Source of the DNA: Pseudomonadota bacterium | GTDB taxonomy: Bacteria; Myxococcota; JACRCW01; JAFGSX01 | Reading direction: 5' to 3' | DNA length: 64,000 nucleotides | Assembly (NCBI GenBank): GCA_043821645.1 | Contig: JBDRCO010000070.1 | Coordinates: 42,425-106,424, forward strand | In this document: one piece after another, positions 52,700 to 61,497 of the stretch | How the letters are laid out: every line of letters starts with the position of its first letter | How positions within the stretch are numbered: the first letter of the stretch is position 1 | Translations under genes and position numbers: made by a program | Notes under the pieces: generated by a model | Told to the model about the DNA's origin: nothing | The model's database searches: none | The model's input: the letters and a program-made list of their open reading frames with translations, nothing else

Positions 52700-55240
52700 T
52701 CAGAATCCCATGGCGTTGAAGATGAACGGATAGGTCACCACCACCGTGCCCCCGCGCGGCGCCGGGAACTTCCAGCCCTTGATGCTCCCGATCATGCACT
52801 GCACCGCCGTCGCGCTCTTGAGTGTCGACGTCGTGGTCTTGACGATCTGCACGCTGCCGTTGAGGCCGATGGTCCACTCGAACACGACCTTGCCCGACAG
52901 CGAGTTGTTCTTGAGCAGCTCCTTCTCGTAGCAGAACTGGATCTGCCCCAGGCCCTTGTTGACGACCTTCTGGATCTCGGCGCGGTCGAGGTAGCCCGTG
53001 CCGGCGGTCTTGGACGCCCGCGAGGCCTTGACCAGCTTGCCACGCACACCACCTGTCTTGAGTTTGGACAGGGTTCCCGGGCCGCCGCCACCCTCGCGCA
53101 GGATCGAGGCCAGGCCCTTGGTGGAGACCCCGCCTCCGGAGCCACCGATCTGCACCCGGTTGGTCGGCCCCTTGCCGATGAGGCCCGACACCTTGTAGCT
53201 GGAGCCACCACCCGGTACCTTGACCGCGTCGAGGTTGCTCACCGCGGCGGTCAGGGTCTGGCTTCCGGCCGGACCGGACATCTTGGGGATCTTGCCCAGG
53301 GCGGCCATGATGCCAGGCTTCTTGTTGGCCACGTTGGCATTGGTCGGACGCGGCGTACGCTGCGGCTTCTCGGGCTTGATCTCCTCGGGTGGCGCCTCCT
53401 CGACGACTTCCTCGTCGGGAGGAGGCTCCTCCTCGGGAGGCTTCTCGAGCTCGAGTTCCTTCTGCTCCAGCTGCACGAAGCGATCTTCCTCGAGCTGAGT
53501 CACCAGCTGCCCGGGAGCCAGCAGACCGATGATGAAGGCCACCAGCAGCACCGTCAGATGGGTCGCGCCCGAGGACGCGAAGCTGATCCCCAGCCAGCGC
53601 AGCTCCCGCTTCTCCTCGGCCGAGGACTTGCCGCGCACCGTGACCTGGCGCGCCACCGCCGGCGGATAGGCGAAGCGTACGAAGTAGCTCTCGCTGCCAA
53701 CCTGCAGGTTGGCGATGTCACCGGCGTTGAGCTTGATCGCGCCCTTGTCACCGCTCCAGCTGACGACCTGGTCCAGCGGCTTGGACGACCCGTTCTGGCG
53801 GACCTTGCCCTTGAAGTCCTTGAGCACCACCAGGTCCGCGCTACCGTCGCGGCGCAGGCGCGCCAGCTTGTGGTTGGTGGGCAGGCCCACCCGCTGGGCC
53901 TCTTTCTTGTTCAAACCCTTGCCCACGATGAACAGCTGACCCTTGCCCAGGGCTTCGAGCTCGTGCACCACGTTGCCCTTGTAGCGGATGACCTCGAGCA
54001 GCGGCGTGCGCAGCTGCTTGACCTTGCCCTCCTTGAAGCTCTCCTTGAGCAGGTTCTCGAGCAGAGAGAAGGGCGCGGGCAGATCGTCGGGATCCTCGTC
54101 CTCATCCGCCTCGGGCACCTCCCCGGGCAGGGGCATCAGGGCGCTCAGGGGCAGTGCTCCGACATCGCCCGCGGGCGTGGCTGGCACCGAGGCCAGGCCT
54201 GCGCTGGCGGCAACGCGCGCCGAGACGGCGGCGTGCGCTGTGGGTTCGATGACGGGGGGTGCGGCCGGCGGGGGCGCGACCACCGGCGGGGCGACCGCTG
54301 CCGTCGGAGGCGCGGGGGCGCGCTTGCGTTCGACCACCGGCGCGGGGTCAGGCTCCGGGATCAGGGACTCGAGATCGCCGAGGGCGGCCAGGGGGTCCGT
54401 GACCCCGCCTGGCATCGAATTCGGCAACGGGGGCATCTCGAAGCCGGCGTCGATAGGTGCCGCGCCCGGAAGGGCTCCGTGGCTCAGCCCGGCCACGTCT
54501 GCGAACAGCGCATCGGCCAGACCCGGGGCCACCTCTGTTGGCCCGTCGTGCACGCCGGGCGGAGGCGGGGGTGCCGCGAAGGGATCTGCGACTCGACGCA
54601 CGGCCTTGCCAGACACGGGGTCAGGCTGCTGCGAGGACGACAGCTCGCGCCAGGGGTCCGAGCGCGGCGTGTTGAACGGCGCCAGGCTGGCCTGCGCTGG
54701 CGCAACAGCTGCGCGAGGCGCCGCGGGAGCCGCTGCCACGGCCTGCTGCGGCCGGGTTGGGGCCCGCGGTGGCGCCGGCTTCGCGACCACCGGCTGCTGC
54801 GGTGCGGTGGGCGCGCGAGAGGGCATGGGATGCTGGATGGTCTGATCGGCCTGGTAGCTGTGAACCTTGGTGGCGTCGTGGTCCTGTGGTGCCGCCGCGG
54901 CCGGTGGCGTGGACATGGCGGCCGGGCTGGCGGACAGGATCTTGAGCTTGAGGGTGTGCCGGCCCACAAACACGTCGTCGCGGCCGCCCAGGGCGCGCTG
55001 GCCCACCACCGCCTCGCCGTTGACCTGGGTGCCGTTGGCACTTTGCAGATCCTCGACGTAGATCTGGTTGTTCAGCACGAACAGCGCGGCGTGGCGCCTG
55101 GACACGAGGTCGTCGTCGTCGATGACCAGACCACAGGTGGGATCGCGGCCGATCTCGATCCGCTCACCGGTGAGCATCTCGGTACCGAGATAGCTCCCGT
55201 CGCGAAAGATGAAGGCCTGAAGGACCGTTCCAGCCATCAA
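52700..55240 (-). CDS. GltG/PglI-like protein: FHA domain, Pro-rich linker, TM helix, TonB-C-like domain
   Basis: FHA motifs IGRD, VSRRHA, SANGT; single TM with S...H motif; C-terminal IQFCYEKELL..LSGKV..EWTI...WKFPAPRGG.V.V.YPFIF. Confidence 0.85.
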   Translation of the reverse strand: MMAGTVLQAFIFRDGSYLGTEMLTGERIEIGRDPTCGLVIDDDDLVSRRHAALFVLNNQIYVEDLQSANGTQVNGEAVVGQRALGGRDDVFVGRHTLKLKILSASPAAMSTPPAAAAPQDHDATKVHSYQADQTIQHPMPSRAPTAPQQPVVAKPAPPRAPTRPQQAVAAAPAAPRAAVAPAQASLAPFNTPRSDPWRELSSSQQPDPVSGKAVRRVADPFAAPPPPPGVHDGPTEVAPGLADALFADVAGLSHGALPGAAPIDAGFEMPPLPNSMPGGVTDPLAALGDLESLIPEPDPAPVVERKRAPAPPTAAVAPPVVAPPPAAPPVIEPTAHAAVSARVAASAGLASVPATPAGDVGALPLSALMPLPGEVPEADEDEDPDDLPAPFSLLENLLKESFKEGKVKQLRTPLLEVIRYKGNVVHELEALGKGQLFIVGKGLNKKEAQRVGLPTNHKLARLRRDGSADLVVLKDFKGKVRQNGSSKPLDQVVSWSGDKGAIKLNAGDIANLQVGSESYFVRFAYPPAVARQVTVRGKSSAEEKRELRWLGISFASSGATHLTVLLVAFIIGLLAPGQLVTQLEEDRFVQLEQKELELEKPPEEEPPPDEEVVEEAPPEEIKPEKPQRTPRPTNANVANKKPGIMAALGKIPKMSGPAGSQTLTAAVSNLDAVKVPGGGSSYKVSGLIGKGPTNRVQIGGSGGGVSTKGLASILREGGGGPGTLSKLKTGGVRGKLVKASRASKTAGTGYLDRAEIQKVVNKGLGQIQFCYEKELLKNNSLSGKVVFEWTIGLNGSVQIVKTTTSTLKSATAVQCMIGSIKGWKFPAPRGGTVVVTYPFIFNAMGF

Positions 55241-55260
55241 GTCCTCGTCGGGGTCGTCGG

Positions 55261-55702
55261 TCAGTCGATCGAACGGATGATCTCGTCACGAAAGGTCGTG
55301 CGTCGCCGGACCATGCTCCGCAGCTCCGAACTCTTGCGCTCGAAGATGTAAATGGCACCCGACTTGTTGCTCTGCCCCTGGATCAGGCGGTCGTCGAAGT
55401 CGACGCGCGCCGGCCCACGTCGGCTGGACATGATAGGACCGCCGCCTGCATCGTCGTCGTCACCCGAACTCGACGCCGCGGGTGGTGGAGGCGGAGCGGG
55501 GGGGGGGCGTCGCTTCCTCAGGCGCAGGCGTTGTCTTGGTGCCCTTCTTCTTGCGGCCACGCTTGGCCACCAGCACTCCAGCCTCGACACCGCCCTGGAT
55601 ACGGGGCGTTGCCGCGGTCGGCAGGGCCTGGCTGGAGTCCGGGAGGAGCAGGCAGAGCCCACCCAGAATCAACGGCAGCGACCACACATTGTTGCGTGTC
55701 AT
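55261..55702 (-). pseudogene. GltF/CglF-like small secreted protein, frameshifted at a G10 run (55498-55507)
   Basis: The signal-peptide frame (MTRNNVWSLPLILGG...) and the conserved C-terminal frame (RVDFDDRLIQGQ...Y.FERK...F..EI) differ by one base. The span is 442 nt; removing one G gives a 146-aa ORF. Confidence 0.75.
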
Positions 55703-55712
55703 CGGCCTCCCC

Positions 55713-56201
55713 CTACCTCGCCATGACGGCGAACTGGAAGTTGGCGAACCCGGCCATGCCACAGGTCTTCATCACCTTGTTGATGATGTCGAAGCCCACG
55801 CTCTCGTCCGCCATGAAGAGGATGACGGTCTCCTCGTCGGCGTTCTTGCCGCTGGCCGCGGTCTCCTCCATGATGCGCGCCCGCTTCTTTTCCAGGGTGT
55901 TGAATAGCGGGACGATCTTGTTGCCCTCGACCTGCACCTTGACCAGCTCGCCCTTGTTGATCTTGCCGATGACCTCGTCCTCGACGGTCAGGGCGTCCTT
56001 GGACACGAAGACCTGCACCGTCTTGGTGAAGCCGCGCTCGGAAATCGAGGGAGGCAGCGTGATGTCGCTGTGCACCTTGACGTCCTGATCCTCGCTCGAG
56101 AACGAGTGCAGCAGGAACACCAGGATGATGGTGAACATGTCCATCATCGAGGTGATGTTGAGGGCAACGACGGCCGAGGCCTGCTTGCGCTTGCCAAGCA
56201 T
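55713..56201 (-). CDS. ExbD/TolR family protein (AglS-like)
   Basis: LNITSMMDMFTIILVFLL, ADES, VMKTCGMAGF. Confidence 0.9.
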   Translation of the reverse strand: MLGKRKQASAVVALNITSMMDMFTIILVFLLHSFSSEDQDVKVHSDITLPPSISERGFTKTVQVFVSKDALTVEDEVIGKINKGELVKVQVEGNKIVPLFNTLEKKRARIMEETAASGKNADEETVILFMADESVGFDIINKVMKTCGMAGFANFQFAVMAR

Positions 56202-56716
56202 CAGGTCACCAGACTCGACACGACGACGCGTGGGAACATGATGTAGCGCTGTTTCTTGCCACCGATCTCGATCTCCAGCTCACGCGCGGCATCCATGGTC
56301 TCGACCAGTTCCTTGTACTTGACCGTGGGGTCCGACACGATGATCACGGTGTCGCTCTTGTCCCACTTGCGCTTGACCTCGCGCATGTAGCTGCTCAAGG
56401 CGGCAAAGTCGTAATCGCCACCCTTCTTGGGGAAGCTGCGCGCCAGCTTGTTGGTCTCGTCAGGGTGCAGTGTCGCCGACGAGGCCGAGACCAGGAAGCC
56501 ATCCTTGGGATCGATCTGCACGGTCATCGTCACCGTGTCGTCGCCCTTGGCGATGTCGGTCTGTCCCTCGGTGGCTGCGGGCACCGAGCCCTTGATCACG
56601 CGCAGGTGGAAGAACACTGCCGACAGAAGCAAGAAGGGGATGAGCGCCACGAACAGGTTCATGATCGGAATGAGGTTGAGATCGACCTCCTCGTACTCCT
56701 TCCGCTTGGCGAACAT
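56201..56716 (-). CDS. ExbD/TolR family protein (AglQ position)
   Basis: DLNLIPIMNLFVALIPFLL, Y..LV.TMDAAR, FP.VV. Confidence 0.88.
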   Translation of the reverse strand: MFAKRKEYEEVDLNLIPIMNLFVALIPFLLLSAVFFHLRVIKGSVPAATEGQTDIAKGDDTVTMTVQIDPKDGFLVSASSATLHPDETNKLARSFPKKGGDYDFAALSSYMREVKRKWDKSDTVIIVSDPTVKYKELVETMDAARELEIEIGGKKQRYIMFPRVVVSSLVT

Positions 56717-56740
56717 GCGAACCCTCCGCTGGTCGCTGGC

Positions 56741-57382
56741 TCAGCCCGCGGCGCGCGCCCGCGACTCGGCATTGCGCGAGGTGATGCGGTTGAACAGGGT
56801 GATCGAGCCCTCCTCGATGGTCTCGCTGAGCATGTTCTGGCGCGTGACCAGCACCGAGAAAGCGACCATGGTCGGGATCGCCACGATCAGACCGAAGGCC
56901 GTGGTGCCCATGGCGGTCGAGATACCTTTGGCCAGGATCTCCTGCTTCTGGGCCGCGTCGGCAGCACCGATGCCGGAGAAGGCCTCGATCAGACCGAAGA
57001 TGGTGCCCAGCAGTCCGAGCAAGGTCGACACGTTGGACAGCATGGAGAGGTAGTTGGTGCGCTTGGCCAGCTTGGGCATGACCCGAGCCGCCGCCTCCTC
57101 CATGGAGCGCTGGATCTCCTTGTCGCCGCGGTTGGCCTTGAGCAGACCTGCCTTGAGCACCATGGCCAGGGGATGATCCGGACGCAGGTTGCAGACCTCG
57201 ATGGCCCGCGTGAAGTTGTCCGCATCCACGAAGGACAGGATGTGGCTCAAGAACTGCGACGCGTTGATGCGGTACTTGAACCACAGCACGTACACGCGCT
57301 CGATGATCAACCCCAGACTCACGAATGAGACGCCCAGAATCACGTACATGAACGGGCCGCCCTTGTTCAGCCACTCGAACAT
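56741..57382 (-). CDS. MotA/TolQ/ExbB proton-channel family protein (AglR-like)
   Basis: GGPFM, IIER, TLLGLLGTIFGLI.AF, GISTAM.TTAFGLIVAIP; GGAGG RBS before ATG 57382. Confidence 0.93.
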   Translation of the reverse strand: MFEWLNKGGPFMYVILGVSFVSLGLIIERVYVLWFKYRINASQFLSHILSFVDADNFTRAIEVCNLRPDHPLAMVLKAGLLKANRGDKEIQRSMEEAAARVMPKLAKRTNYLSMLSNVSTLLGLLGTIFGLIEAFSGIGAADAAQKQEILAKGISTAMGTTAFGLIVAIPTMVAFSVLVTRQNMLSETIEEGSITLFNRITSRNAESRARAAG

Positions 57383-57446
57383 GGTGCTTGTGCCTCCTGC
57401 TTTGTCGTCGGGGTCCCGGCATGACCGACCCCACAGTGGAAGTCGG

Positions 57447-57475
57447 ATATTAAGCGGACCCCTTACAGCTGTCAA
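57447..57475 (-). promoter_or_regulatory. Sigma70-type promoter of the agl/glt-like operon
   Basis: Minus strand TTGACA (57475-57470)-N17-TAATAT (57452-57447), 65 bp upstream of the ATG. Confidence 0.65.
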
Positions 57476-57653
57476 AAGCCATCAAGGATGATCGCCGCAC
57501 CGGGATGGTCGGCAGCCACCGGTTTGTAGCTGATATCCGGCTCGCGCGCTACTGCCTCTCTCATGGTGGCCTCGCCAGCCCCTTGGAGCCCCTGTCGCGC
57601 GGACAGGCAGCCAGCTTCCGCGCCTCTGGCCGCCGCAGCCCGCAGCACCCGAG

Positions 57654-59198
57654 CTACTGACTGATCGAGCGCTTGAGGATCACGCCCTCGCTGCCGACCA
57701 CGAACACGCTGCGCAGGGCCGGTGCCTCGGCGTCGCGGCTGCCCGCGTCCAGGTCGTCGCGGGTCTTGCCCCAGATCGCGCGCAGGTGGGCGGTGGTGGG
57801 GACCTGCTCCACCAGCCACTGGCCTCCGCTGTGGTGCAGGACCACCCCCGAGAAGCCGGCCACGAAGAAGTCGTCGCGCCCCTGGTGCCACAGCGCGCGC
57901 AGGAACACAGGTGTCGGTGGCGTCAGGAAGGTGCGTATCCACTCGGCCTGGGTCACATCGCTGCCGCGCACCCACTCGTCGTCGCCGTTGCGCCACAGGA
58001 TGCGCCCGTCCTCGCCCACGGCGTGCACGTTGGTGCTCCAGGTCCCCCACACCCCGGCCAGGGAGTCGCGCACCGCCGGGTTGTCCGTGCTGCCAGCCCT
58101 CGCCACCGGCCGCCAGCAACTCGCCGGCGTCTGGGTGGGCGTCAGGCCCTCGCAGTTCCAGGTCGCACCCGCGCCCGAGGTGCCGTTGGGACGCAGCTCG
58201 ACCACGGCGCCGCTCTCGCCCACGGCGATCACGCGCAGATCCGCGCCCGAGCCAAAGCCCACCACCGCCTTGAAGTCGACGAGGTAGAAGTTGACCTGGT
58301 AGGCCGGCGAGACACCGTCTGCCTGGCAGCGCTGACCAAAGGAGCACTGCGCCGTGTCGCCCCGGCGCATGGTGGACGGAACCTCGCAGTCCACCGGGTC
58401 ATAGTCCGGACCCTGGCACAGGCGCACCGTCGCGGAACCGCTCGCCGAACACATCCACATGCTCTGCGGCAGCGGCGAGCCGTCGTCGTTGGTCACGAGG
58501 TTGCCACTGCTGTCGCGCGGAGGAGCGATGTTGCATGGCTGGCAGGTGCTCCCAGTACCCGCAAAGGGGTAGCCGTCGGCATCGTAGGCCACCCGCGCCT
58601 CGCACACCGGCATGCGATTCTGCACCATCTCCTCGATCATCAGGCCCCAGGTATAGGGAGCCTGGGGATCGCCGGGATCCGGCTTCTTCTGCAGCACGGT
58701 CCCCTCCTCGCCCACCGCGAACACGCCCTCCCGGCCGCCGTGCCACACGCCCATCAAGGTGTCGACGACATTGCCGGCGTTGGTCTTGCGCAGGTCCGGC
58801 ACCGCGGGCTCGGGAGCCCACACCACGCCGTCCCAGTGGATCACCGTGCCACTCGCCCCCACCGCATAGATGTCCTTGTCGCCATCCTGCATGGTTTCGT
58901 GGCCGTCGATGCCGAACAGATCCTGCGTGGTCGGCGAGGGCACCCGGGTCCAGGTGGTGCCGTCGTAGTGCAGGATGGTGCCAGCCGAGCCCACGGCCCA
59001 TACGTCGTCATGGGAGTAGCCCCACACGCCGTTCAGGTTGGCCACATCCGGAAAGGGTTGCTGCAAGACCCACAGCGCCTCGCTCGAGGTCGGAGGAGCC
59101 GCGTCGGGCGGAGTCACCAGGGGGTTGGCACAGTTCTCGTCACAGGCTGGCATCGCGATCAGCGCCAGCGCCAGACTCGACATCGCCCATCGTCTCAT
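57654..59198 (-). CDS. Beta-propeller probable lipoprotein with a Cys-rich insert
   Basis: Lipobox-like AMPAC; repeats L.GVWG....VWAVG..G.ILH.DG..W; central ~110-aa Cys-rich segment; start approximate. Confidence 0.8.
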   Translation of the reverse strand: MRRWAMSSLALALIAMPACDENCANPLVTPPDAAPPTSSEALWVLQQPFPDVANLNGVWGYSHDDVWAVGSAGTILHYDGTTWTRVPSPTTQDLFGIDGHETMQDGDKDIYAVGASGTVIHWDGVVWAPEPAVPDLRKTNAGNVVDTLMGVWHGGREGVFAVGEEGTVLQKKPDPGDPQAPYTWGLMIEEMVQNRMPVCEARVAYDADGYPFAGTGSTCQPCNIAPPRDSSGNLVTNDDGSPLPQSMWMCSASGSATVRLCQGPDYDPVDCEVPSTMRRGDTAQCSFGQRCQADGVSPAYQVNFYLVDFKAVVGFGSGADLRVIAVGESGAVVELRPNGTSGAGATWNCEGLTPTQTPASCWRPVARAGSTDNPAVRDSLAGVWGTWSTNVHAVGEDGRILWRNGDDEWVRGSDVTQAEWIRTFLTPPTPVFLRALWHQGRDDFFVAGFSGVVLHHSGGQWLVEQVPTTAHLRAIWGKTRDDLDAGSRDAEAPALRSVFVVGSEGVILKRSISQ

Positions 59199-59305
59199 GA
59201 GAGCCCTCCGCGATTCCTGTCCTGCCATCATGTCGCGCCACATAACCTAGCAAAAAGCGTGCTCCGCGTCTCCAGGGTCGCCAAATCCCTGCTTCCGGCG
59301 CAAGC

Positions 59306-59321
59306 TGGCACGGCCCTGGCA
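59306..59321 (+). promoter_or_regulatory. Possible sigma54 -24/-12 element
   Basis: TGGCACGGCCCTGGCA has GG-N10-GC spacing with a perfect TGGCACG; the -12 box is TGGC rather than TTGC. Confidence 0.4.
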
Positions 59322-59331
59322 ACACCCCAGG

Positions 59332-59360
59332 TTGAATCGCCGTCGAGAGGCGGTCATAAT
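59332..59360 (+). promoter_or_regulatory. Sigma70-type promoter for the vWA/TSP3 operon
   Basis: TTGAAT-N17-CATAAT, 50 bp upstream of ATG 59410. Confidence 0.55.
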
Positions 59361-59409
59361 TGGTGACGGCACATGCCGGGCCACATCCAGGTCCGGCCGG
59401 GGCACGTAC

Positions 59410-61497
59410 ATGAACTTGCGCCAGGCACCTCCCCCGCGGCACTCCGCGCTCGTTGCAGCCACTGTCCTCGCCGCCCTGGTGGCGACCAGCGCGTGCACCA
59501 ACGCCGACCTCTACGGGGTGGACATCACCAAGTCCGTCCCCAACAAGATCGCGCTGTTTGGCCAGGTGTGCACGGACAGCCCCATCCAGCGCGACCTGCC
59601 AGTCAAGGTGGTGCTGGTCCTCGACGGCAGCAACATCTCCGCGGGCAACGCCGCGGTGGGTGGCCGCATCTATGCCGCGCGCTCCCAGGCGGCCCAGAAC
59701 GCCATCGACCGCTACCCGCTGAGCCGCAACTACTCCCATGCCATGGTGCGCTTCGCCGGCGCCACCGACTCGTATACCAATGATCGCTTCTCCACCGACG
59801 TGGCCGAGCTGCAGGCCGGGGTCATGGCCTACGGCACGCCCTGCACCGGCGACGGTGTCGAGTGCAACTCGCGCAACTACGATCTGGGCTTCAGCCGCGC
59901 CGCCAGCATCATCACCGGCGATCTGCTGCGCTCCACCGCCGGCGAGGCAGCGCGCACGACCTATGCCATCATCTTCTACGCCGACGGCCCGCACCTCGAA
60001 CCGGACTGCAGCCCGGCCTCGAACTGCCCCACCAATGCCTGCCCGGCCAGCCGCAACTGCCGCGTCTACACCGGCCAGTGCTGTGGCCTGTCGCCCCTGA
60101 GCGCCTGCCCCGCAGCCTGCCAGGATACGGTGGGCACCTGCGACGAGGGCTGCTACTTCGAACGGCGGATCCGCGCCCTGCGCGACTACGTGCTGACCAA
60201 CGGCGGCGCAGGCATGATCCTGCACGCCGCGCATTTTCAAGAAGTTCCCCTGTCCGAACCGCCGCAGTGTGCCCCACCGGCCAACACCGACGACCCCGAG
60301 CAGTGCCGTGCCTTCTGGACCCTCGAGCGCATGGCCGCGGCCGGGGGTGGGGCCTACACGCCCACCACCATCCCCGAGGGGCTCAACCTGACCTCCTTTG
60401 ATCTGCGCTCCACCAAGAATGTGTTCATCAAGAAGTCCCTGCTCGCAGTCAATCTCAATGCGCGGCCCGTGGGCAACGTGCTCAAGGTGGACAGCGACGT
60501 CGACGGCCTGCCCGACGACGAGGAGGTCCTGGGTGGCTGCCCCAACCCCTACTTCCGCGACTCCGACGGCGACGGGCTCGGCGATGGCTTCGAAAAGCAG
60601 CTCACCAGCCAGGGTCTGGATCCCTGTGTGCCCGACACCATACCCTCCTGCGAGGGCATCGCCCCCGAGCAAGACAGTGACGCCGACGGGCTGCACGACT
60701 GCGAGGAGAAGCTGCTGCGACTGGAGCCCACCCTGTTCGACACCGATGCCGACGGGTATCCCGATTTGGTGGAGTTCCTGTACGGCACCAATTACCTGGT
60801 CGACGACGTGGCCCGCGACGATGACTACGACGGCATCAACAACGGCCAGGAACTCAGCGTCCACACCGATCCGCGCTCCAACGATGCGCGGATCCGGGCA
60901 GAGTCCTCGTACCTGTACCGCGAGACCAACCTGGGCGTGCAGCCCATCCTCATCGTGCAGCAGCCGCGACGCATCACTGGCGTGGTGGTCGAGTCCATCT
61001 CCCCGCGCGTCGCCTCGGGTCCCTCGGTGCTGTTCTACCACCCGGGACCACCGCCCTACCTGGCCTGGCAGGACGCTCTGGATCCCAACAACTTCGGCCC
61101 CCCCGTCAGCATCGGTAGCGACGGCACCTACACCCTGCACAGCGGCACCTCGGTGGCTGGCGACGAGGAACTCGAACGCTCGGTGCAGGTGCGCGTGATC
61201 TTCGGGCTGCTGCCGCCCAACTCGCTCACCGAGACGCTGCAGATCCGCGAGACCGAGCACCAGTGCACGGACTTCCGCATCCGCAACATCACCCTGGTGC
61301 ACACCAGGCCAGGACAGCCTGGCGAGGGCCAGAACGAGATCCTGACCTTCTTCTCCGAGGTGCCGACCCTGTCACCCGACAGCCCTGGCATCTTCCGCGT
61401 GGCGCGCTCCGTCGTCACCTACATCCCGCCAGATTTCAAGGACCCCGACGTCGCGGACATCAAGCTCTCGGACTACAGCTTCGTGCTCTTCGAATGA
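59410..61497 (+). CDS. Lipoprotein with a vWA-like domain, Cys-rich insert and thrombospondin type-3 repeats (Mts-like)
   Basis: Lipobox TSAC; GQVCT...PVKVVLVLDGS; IIFYADG; repeats DSDVDGLPD, DSDGDGLGD, DSDADGLHD, DTDADGYPD, DDDYDGINN. Confidence 0.78.
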   Translation: MNLRQAPPPRHSALVAATVLAALVATSACTNADLYGVDITKSVPNKIALFGQVCTDSPIQRDLPVKVVLVLDGSNISAGNAAVGGRIYAARSQAAQNAIDRYPLSRNYSHAMVRFAGATDSYTNDRFSTDVAELQAGVMAYGTPCTGDGVECNSRNYDLGFSRAASIITGDLLRSTAGEAARTTYAIIFYADGPHLEPDCSPASNCPTNACPASRNCRVYTGQCCGLSPLSACPAACQDTVGTCDEGCYFERRIRALRDYVLTNGGAGMILHAAHFQEVPLSEPPQCAPPANTDDPEQCRAFWTLERMAAAGGGAYTPTTIPEGLNLTSFDLRSTKNVFIKKSLLAVNLNARPVGNVLKVDSDVDGLPDDEEVLGGCPNPYFRDSDGDGLGDGFEKQLTSQGLDPCVPDTIPSCEGIAPEQDSDADGLHDCEEKLLRLEPTLFDTDADGYPDLVEFLYGTNYLVDDVARDDDYDGINNGQELSVHTDPRSNDARIRAESSYLYRETNLGVQPILIVQQPRRITGVVVESISPRVASGPSVLFYHPGPPPYLAWQDALDPNNFGPPVSIGSDGTYTLHSGTSVAGDEELERSVQVRVIFGLLPPNSLTETLQIRETEHQCTDFRIRNITLVHTRPGQPGEGQNEILTFFSEVPTLSPDSPGIFRVARSVVTYIPPDFKDPDVADIKLSDYSFVLFE

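Noticed and set aside
51851-55351. 1166-aa plus-strand ORF and other long antisense ORFs (e.g. 9936..11987, 13801..15900, 31334..33598, 45786..48206, 59140..61302)
   Set aside because: They overlap well-supported genes on the opposite strand, have no recognisable motifs, and are expected shadows of GC-rich codon bias.
55261-55662. 133-aa ORF from the ORF track taken as the complete gltF-like gene
   Set aside because: Its N-terminal half lacks a signal peptide and RBS. The GGAGG RBS and signal peptide belong to ATG 55702 in another frame.
55713-57382. Ordinary Tol-Pal or TonB-ExbBD operon
   Set aside because: No tolB, pal or TonB-dependent receptor is adjacent; two ExbD paralogs followed by Glt-like genes fit the Agl type better.
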